Positions 25,570 to 32,000 of a DNA stretch of 32,000 nucleotides are shown here, in pieces (positions within the stretch are counted from its first letter, which is position 1; every line of letters starts with the position of its first letter). The position numbers were made by a program, and so were the translations under genes. The notes beneath the pieces were generated by a model, which saw only the letters and a list, made by a program, of their open reading frames with translations, had not been told where the DNA came from and made no database searches. Source of the DNA: Proteiniphilum sp. (GTDB taxonomy: Bacteria > Bacteroidota > Bacteroidia > Bacteroidales > Dysgonomonadaceae); the NCBI GenBank assembly GCA_016839025.1, contig JADLKK010000006.1:22706-54705 (forward strand). Direction: 5' to 3'.

Positions 25570-27756
25570 ATGAAAAAATCAACCGTATGCCTGTTTATCT
25601 TCTTGTTGCTGTTCTTTCCCCTGGTTGCAGAAGAGGGAATGTGGATGCTTTACCTGCTGCGGCAACAAAAGCTGAAGCAGATGCAGCAGATGGGATTGGA
25701 GCTGGAAGATGTGGATCTCTACAACCCCGATGGATCTTCATTAAAAGATGCCGTGGTACAGTTTGGCCGGGGATGCACCGGTGAGGTGGTTTCCTCCCGG
25801 GGACTGCTGCTCACCAACCACCATTGCGGCTATGGGCAGATACAGCAACACAGTACCCTGGAGCATAACTACCTGGAGGATGGTTTTTGGGCCATCTCTC
25901 TGGAGGAGGAGCTCCCCAACCCGGGTTTGACGGTTACTTTTATTGAAGGGATTGAAGAGGTGACTGATTGGGTGAAAGGTTGCCTGGAGAGAGACAGGGA
26001 GGAGGATAAGGAGGGTCTCTTCTATCTCTCGCCCTCTTACCTGAATCGTCTCGCACGTGAGAAAGTGGGAGAGCGGTATCTTACCGACCACTTCGGTACC
26101 GAGGTGGAGATCAGGCCCTTTTTCGATGGCAACCAATACTATCTCTTCACCAAGAAGGTGTACTCCGATATCCGGTTGGTGGGTGCTCCCCCAAGTGGCA
26201 TCGGTAAGTTTGGTGCCGACACCGACAATTGGATGTGGCCAAGGCATACCGGTGATTTCAGCCTGTTCCGCATCTATGCCGACAGGGAGGGAAATCCAGC
26301 CCCCTATGCTGTGACAAACGTACCTCTGCGACCGAAGCGCTGGCTCACGCTTTCAACTGCGGGGGTGGAGGAGGGTGACTTTGCCATGATGCTCGGTTTT
26401 CCGGGGAGCACCCATACCTACTACACCTCCTGGGAGGTGGATGAACGGAGGGAGATTGACAATGCGGTACGCATTGCCATGCGTTCGGTACGGCAGGAAG
26501 CGATGTTGGAGGAGATGCTGCGAGATCCTGCGGTAAAGATACAGTATGCATCCAAATATTCCGGTTCAACGAACGGGTACAAGAACGCTATCGGCAGCAG
26601 CTGGGCCATTGAGAAGCATGACTTTGTGCGGCAGAAGAGTCAGCTGCAGGAGCGCCTGCTTCACTGGTCTGCTGAGCATCATAAACCGCAGTACCCTGAT
26701 GCATTGAATAAAATTGAACAGATCGTGACTGGTCGTGCCGGCTTGCGGTACCGTAGCTGGATGCTGAATGAGGGAATCATTCGGGCTATTGAGTTTGCGT
26801 CACTGCCCACAGAGACGGCACAAGCACTGGCAACTGCATTGGAAGCGGGTGACAGTGAGCAATCTGCCCTGCTGGCCGAGCGATTGGAGGAGGAGTACCA
26901 TCTTTTTGCCAATAAGGATTACAATCGGGAGGTGGACCGAAAGGTCGCCAAGGCAATGCTGAAAGCCTACATTGCGGGGGTGGAGAAGGAATATCATCCC
27001 GCATGCCTCAGTTCACTTTACAACCGGTTCGGGGGCGACACCGGCCGTTTTGTGGATCATCTGCTCGATCACTCCCTCTTTGGCGACAAGGAGAAGTTGC
27101 GTCGTTTCCTGGGTGACCCTCATGCTGAAGAGCTGCAACAGGATCCGCTTTTCGGCTTTGCCCGGTCGGTTCAAGAGGAGGCTCACTCGCTCCGCAGGGA
27201 GCTGTCCGCGTTTGATACCCCTTTTCTGCATGCCCGGCGTACCTGGTTGGAAGGGGTGCTGGCCATGGAAGGTCATCAGACCCTCTTCCCCGATGCCAAC
27301 CTCACATTGCGTCTCACATACGGACAGGTGAAAGGCTACCGGCCGCGTGACGGGGTGTTGTACATCCATCAGACAACACTGGAGGGGGTGATGGAGAAAG
27401 AGGATCCCGATAACTGGGAATTTGTGGTGCCCGACAGGCTGAAGCAGCTTTACCAGGCTGCTGATTATGGTAACTATGCATTGCCTGACGGTCGTATGCC
27501 GGTGGCCTTTGCCGCTACCACCCACACTACCGGTGGCAACTCGGGCAGCCCGGTGCTGAACGGCCGGGGAGAGCTGGTTGGGATCAACTTCGATCGCAAC
27601 TGGGAAGGGGTTGGAGGTGATATCTCCTACCTGCCCGATTACCAGCGAAGCATCATTGTGGATATCCGTTATGTGCTCTTTGTAATAGATCGTTATGCCG
27701 GTGCCGGACATCTGTTGGAGGAGATGGATCTGCTATCGGAAAGATTCAAAAAATAA
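25570..27756 (+). CDS. S46-family dipeptidyl-peptidase, DPP11-type by S1-pocket residue
   Basis: It has a signal peptide followed by EEGMWM, a His box LLLTNHHCGY (H84/H85), and a Ser box TTGGNSGSPV (S658). Arg676 in NFDRNW lies 18 residues after the catalytic Ser. Confidence 0.92.
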   Translation: MKKSTVCLFIFLLLFFPLVAEEGMWMLYLLRQQKLKQMQQMGLELEDVDLYNPDGSSLKDAVVQFGRGCTGEVVSSRGLLLTNHHCGYGQIQQHSTLEHNYLEDGFWAISLEEELPNPGLTVTFIEGIEEVTDWVKGCLERDREEDKEGLFYLSPSYLNRLAREKVGERYLTDHFGTEVEIRPFFDGNQYYLFTKKVYSDIRLVGAPPSGIGKFGADTDNWMWPRHTGDFSLFRIYADREGNPAPYAVTNVPLRPKRWLTLSTAGVEEGDFAMMLGFPGSTHTYYTSWEVDERREIDNAVRIAMRSVRQEAMLEEMLRDPAVKIQYASKYSGSTNGYKNAIGSSWAIEKHDFVRQKSQLQERLLHWSAEHHKPQYPDALNKIEQIVTGRAGLRYRSWMLNEGIIRAIEFASLPTETAQALATALEAGDSEQSALLAERLEEEYHLFANKDYNREVDRKVAKAMLKAYIAGVEKEYHPACLSSLYNRFGGDTGRFVDHLLDHSLFGDKEKLRRFLGDPHAEELQQDPLFGFARSVQEEAHSLRRELSAFDTPFLHARRTWLEGVLAMEGHQTLFPDANLTLRLTYGQVKGYRPRDGVLYIHQTTLEGVMEKEDPDNWEFVVPDRLKQLYQAADYGNYALPDGRMPVAFAATTHTTGGNSGSPVLNGRGELVGINFDRNWEGVGGDISYLPDYQRSIIVDIRYVLFVIDRYAGAGHLLEEMDLLSERFKK

Positions 27757-27788
27757 GGGTTTTTGTAGCATATCTTTGAAGAATGTGG

Positions 27789-27796
27789 TATATTTG
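27789..27796 (+). promoter_or_regulatory. -7 promoter box TAtaTTTG for the lipoprotein gene
   Basis: Exact TAnnTTTG 32 nt upstream of ATG 27828. A second exact box, TAtcTTTG, lies at 27771..27778. Confidence 0.45.
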
Positions 27797-27827
27797 ACAA
27801 GGAATCCACCTTTCAAAATCACATCCT

Positions 27828-28373
27828 ATGAAAGCAACCATCCCAACTTCTTTTTTGCTCCTCCTCCTGATGGTGGCGTTTGCCATCGGCTGCAGCAGTA
27901 CACGGCGTGCGGCAAAAGATCAGGTCGCACGACTCTACGGTCTCTGGGAGGTGAAGGCGATACACAACAGTGATGAGCCGGGATACCGTGAGACACCACC
28001 CGGCATGTTCAAGATGATCTTTCCCAATGGGCAATTTATGAATTTCATCTCCACCGAAGAGGGTGCTATTATCACGGTGGACGGTACATACCGTCTGGAG
28101 GGGAACATCTATACCGAAGAGATTGTCCACTCTTTTAACAAAAGCCAGGAGGGGAAAAACAACCCACTGCAGTTGAAGATGTCGCAGCAGCACTTCATGT
28201 ATCTGCGTTGGTTTCAGCCAGTGGATGAGTTTGGCGTGGTGCGAAACCGTTGGGTCGAAGAGATCTGGCAGCGAGTACGCATTGAAGATCTGGAGGTAAG
28301 CAATGTCGATCTGCGACAGGAACTGCGAACATTGCTCGACAACGAAGAGGTGATCGGAAAGGTAGTTGAATGA
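27828..28373 (+). CDS. Small lipoprotein, lipocalin-like/DUF4488-like (tentative)
   Basis: It has a signal peptide with lipobox (MVAFAIGCSS). The YGLWEVK segment and a beta-rich body resemble lipocalin-like lipoproteins. The family assignment is tentative. Confidence 0.65.
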   Translation: MKATIPTSFLLLLLMVAFAIGCSSTRRAAKDQVARLYGLWEVKAIHNSDEPGYRETPPGMFKMIFPNGQFMNFISTEEGAIITVDGTYRLEGNIYTEEIVHSFNKSQEGKNNPLQLKMSQQHFMYLRWFQPVDEFGVVRNRWVEEIWQRVRIEDLEVSNVDLRQELRTLLDNEEVIGKVVE

Positions 28374-28378
28374 CCACG

Positions 28379-28418
28379 AAACAAAATGGCGACACAGTGA
28401 AGGGTCGCCATTTTGTTT
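28379..28418. terminator. Bidirectional intrinsic terminator between convergent genes
   Basis: A perfect 15-bp stem, aaacaaaatggcgac (28379..28393) / gtcgccattttgttt (28404..28418), with a 10-nt loop. Each arm is T-rich at its 3' end when read on either strand. Confidence 0.75.
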
Positions 28419-28434
28419 TCCGGATATACTCCCT

Positions 28435-29745
<1,311 letters not shown>

Positions 29746-29756
29746 TTAATGTTTCG

Positions 29757-29764
29757 CAAAAATA
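29757..29764 (-). promoter_or_regulatory. -7 promoter box TAttTTTG for the sulfhydrylase gene
   Basis: Exact TAnnTTTG on the minus strand, 24 nt upstream of ATG 29733. A second exact box, TAatTTTG, lies at 29741..29748. Confidence 0.45.
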
Positions 29765-29819
29765 GGACAAAAAATGAGAAAATGACACAATGAGGTCTCT
29801 TCGGGTGATAAATTAACAC

Positions 29820-31025
29820 TTATTCAGCAAACAGTCTGCTTCGTGCGATCATGCAGGCGCCAATGATACCTGCTTTTTTCTTCAGTTTGGAGGTGACGAT
29901 CTGCGAGTCTTTGTTTACCAGGTTCAGTGAATATTTCTTCACGGAGCTGCGTATGGGGAGCATGATGAATCCTTCGGTTTCTGCCACCTGTCCGCCAATC
30001 ACCACCAGATCGGGATTGAAGAGATTGATCAGTCCGGCGATGTATCTGCCCAGTTTGTAGCCCACCTCTTCCACGATTTCGATGCAGAGGGGGTCTTCAT
30101 TGTTGGTTGCTTCAATGATGTGGGTCAGTGTGAGCTGCTCAAGATCCTGCACCTTTTGTGTAAGGATACTGCTTTCACCCTTTTTGATTCGTTCAATGAC
30201 AGCCCGGTGGATGGCCAGTCCGGAAGCTTCTGTTTCGAGGCATCCCTTTTTCCCGCAATGGCAGATGATCTCATTGTCGAAGATGGGGAAATGGCCGAAC
30301 TCACCGGAAAATCCCGATTTGCCGTAGTAGGGTTTGCCATCGATGATGATGCCGATACCCAGTCCCCAGCTTATGTTGATGAAGATTATATTCTTCTCGT
30401 TCTCCACCACCCCTTTCATGTATTCGCCGTAGGCCATGGCACGGGTGTCGTTGTCGATGCTTACCGGGTAGTGCAGTTTGCCTGACAGGATCTCACTGAT
30501 CGGTTCCTCGCTGAAATAGAAGCTGCTATAGCTGTATCCGGAGTCCGGGTTTACCCTGCCCGAGATATTCAGGTTGATGTGGTAGATTTTCTGCTTCATT
30601 TCTCCCGTTTTGTCTATAAAATGCTGGATGTGTCCGCAGAGCAGGTCAAATGAATCGGGCGTGTTCTGGTAGGTGTAGGCAATCCCCATCTCATTGTCCA
30701 CAATCCTGCCGGTGAAATCCATCAGGGCAATGTTGAGGTGGTGACGACTCATGTCCACCCCCACGAAATAGGCTGATGTGGGTTTCAGTCCATAGAGGAT
30801 GGGGTGTCGCCCGCCGGGGGTATGAATCTTTCCGAATTCGGTTATCAGTCCCTGATCAATCAGCTCGCCGATGAATTTGGTGACAGTAGGCACACTCAGA
30901 TCCAGTTCTTTGGCCAATTCTGCAATTGTGTCGTTTCCCGAATTGATGAAGTGGGAGATGATCTCCTTTTTTATTTGAATGTTTTTCGGACTTTTGTCGC
31001 TTTTGAAGAAATGATATTTTACCAT
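29820..31025 (-). CDS. ROK-family transcriptional regulator (NagC/Mlc/XylR type)
   Basis: It has an N-terminal winged HTH (DTIAELAKELDLSVPTVTKFIGELIDQGLI), ROK core motifs (DNDTRAMAYGE) and the Zn motif CHCGKKGCLETEAS. Confidence 0.88.
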   Translation of the reverse strand: MVKYHFFKSDKSPKNIQIKKEIISHFINSGNDTIAELAKELDLSVPTVTKFIGELIDQGLITEFGKIHTPGGRHPILYGLKPTSAYFVGVDMSRHHLNIALMDFTGRIVDNEMGIAYTYQNTPDSFDLLCGHIQHFIDKTGEMKQKIYHINLNISGRVNPDSGYSYSSFYFSEEPISEILSGKLHYPVSIDNDTRAMAYGEYMKGVVENEKNIIFINISWGLGIGIIIDGKPYYGKSGFSGEFGHFPIFDNEIICHCGKKGCLETEASGLAIHRAVIERIKKGESSILTQKVQDLEQLTLTHIIEATNNEDPLCIEIVEEVGYKLGRYIAGLINLFNPDLVVIGGQVAETEGFIMLPIRSSVKKYSLNLVNKDSQIVTSKLKKKAGIIGACMIARSRLFAE

Positions 31026-31169
31026 GTTGTTGATTGTGAATAGTCGGATTTCATTTAGAGGAACAAACGGACAAGGAATCCCGCAGGGGCTACTCGTGCG
31101 GTACCTGTGTCGTAGCGAATCAGTTGATAGTAGTATTGTTCACATTCCTGTATAATTCTCAGAAATCTA

Positions 31170-31177
31170 CAAAATTA
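31170..31177 (-). promoter_or_regulatory. -7 promoter box TAatTTTG, candidate ROK-gene promoter
   Basis: Exact TAnnTTTG on the minus strand. A TTTG -33-like element lies 18 nt upstream, inside the palindrome. This implies a leader of about 140 nt to ATG 31025. Confidence 0.4.
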
Positions 31178-31184
31178 CGAATAT

Positions 31185-31200
31185 TTTTGATTAATCAAAA
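31185..31200. promoter_or_regulatory. Perfect 16-bp palindrome TTTTGATTAATCAAAA, candidate operator
   Basis: The two halves are exact reverse complements. It overlaps the -33/spacer region of the candidate ROK promoter in the ROK/hppA divergent region. Confidence 0.4.
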
Positions 31201-31250
31201 TAAATTGAGAAGATAACACATGAACTGTCTCCTGTACGTTTTCCGGCAAA

Positions 31251-31277
31251 TATTTTTCATATTTTTCAGTATTTTTA
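31251..31277 (+). repeat. Short tandem repeat: TATTTTTCA twice, then GTATTTTTA
   Basis: Two exact 9-nt copies (31251..31259 and 31260..31268) are followed by a degenerate third. Each resembles a -7 box with C or A in place of the final G. It lies about 50 nt upstream of the hppA start. Confidence 0.6.
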
Positions 31278-31325
31278 TCATCTTTGTGGTTGAAACATAT
31301 ATGGACACTTAAAAATGATTTGACC

Positions 31326-32000
31326 GTGAACTACTTTTATCTTGTACCGGCAGCTTCCGTAGCTGCTTTGTTGTTTGCCCTTTACTTTTTCAAAAGAATG
31401 ATGCGTGAAAGCGAGGGGGATGAGAAGATGATCACCATTGCCCGTTATGTGCGGGAGGGGGCTATGTCCTACCTGTCTCAGCAATACCGTGTGGTGACGG
31501 TGGTTTTTGTGATACTGGCCATTCTGTTTGGCGTGATGGCTTTCTTTGGATTACAGAACAACTGGGTGCCGTTTGCTTTTCTTACCGGTGGTTTCTTTTC
31601 GGGTTTGGCTGGCTTCTTCGGGATGAAAACCGCCACCTATGCCTCGGCCCGTACGGCTCAGGCGGTGCGTCGCTCACTCAACAGTGGCTTGCAGATTGCT
31701 TTCCGCTCGGGGGCTGTGATGGGGCTGGTAGTGGTGGGACTGGCCCTGCTCGATATCTCGGCATGGTACCTGGTACTTGATTATTTTGTGGACGATGCCG
31801 ATGCCGGGCATAAGCTGGTGATGATTACCACCACCATGCTTACTTTCGGTATGGGTGCCTCCACGCAGGCCCTGTTCGCCCGTGTGGGTGGTGGTATCTA
31901 CACCAAGGCCGCCGATGTGGGTGCTGATCTGGTGGGCAAGGTGGAGGCGGGCATCCCGGAGGATGATCCCCGCAATCCAGCTACCATTGCCGACAATGTG
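31326..32000 (+). CDS. hppA: Membrane-bound proton-translocating pyrophosphatase, 3'-truncated by the window edge
   Basis: This ORF is absent from the ORF track because it runs off the window. Its translation is (M)NYFYLVPAASVAALLFALYFFKRMMRESEGD..ARYVREGAMSYLSQQY..GGIYTKAADVGADLVGKVEAGIPEDDPRNPATIADNV. The open frame starts after TGA 31221..31223 and has no in-frame ATG. The start is GTG 31326 or TTG 31320. Confidence 0.92.
   Translation, partial: MNYFYLVPAASVAALLFALYFFKRMMRESEGDEKMITIARYVREGAMSYLSQQYRVVTVVFVILAILFGVMAFFGLQNNWVPFAFLTGGFFSGLAGFFGMKTATYASARTAQAVRRSLNSGLQIAFRSGAVMGLVVVGLALLDISAWYLVLDYFVDDADAGHKLVMITTTMLTFGMGASTQALFARVGGGIYTKAADVGADLVGKVEAGIPEDDPRNPATIADNV

Overview
This is a densely packed chromosomal segment with about 27 protein-coding genes on both strands. 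It is almost certainly from a Bacteroidota (Bacteroidales-like) genome. Three things support that call. Exact matches to the Bacteroides-type -7 promoter box TAnnTTTG sit upstream of most transcription units. Start codons lack Shine-Dalgarno sequences and have A-rich contexts instead. Several gene families are typical of the phylum: an S46 dipeptidyl-peptidase, a DUF4270-like lipoprotein next to a half-length GT5 'glycogen synthase' and panCD, a long-form signal peptidase I followed by WbqC, and a membrane H+-pyrophosphatase.

I found no rRNA, tRNA, CRISPR array, transposase, integrase or phage gene. Most genes are housekeeping: gltX, lepB, dapB, rnr, queG, ruvB, panC, panD, ligA, an O-acetylhomoserine sulfhydrylase and hppA.

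The accessory-looking content is envelope-glycan genes in the first 14 kb. These are two diverged convergent Stealth-family phosphotransferases, a WbqC protein, an SDR epimerase/dehydratase, and a compact aminotransferase / acetyltransferase / WecF-like GT56 / Wzx module. That module resembles the Fuc4NAc branch of enterobacterial common antigen. Each of the co-directional glycan genes sits directly downstream of an essential gene (gltX, lepB, rnr).

I do not see a self-contained novel system such as a defence island. The best second-look candidates are:
- the ECA-like module appended to rnr
- the gltX-coupled Stealth gene
- the conserved half-GT5/DUF4270 pair
- an 18-nt exact repeat at two promoters of secreted-protein genes
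- a perfect 16-bp palindrome inside the promoter of an orphan ROK regulator
- an unknown signal-peptide protein co-transcribed with ligA

Several ORF-track starts are alternative codons (TTG/GTG) translated as M. I re-set those starts to the first plausible ATG, supported by promoter-box positions.
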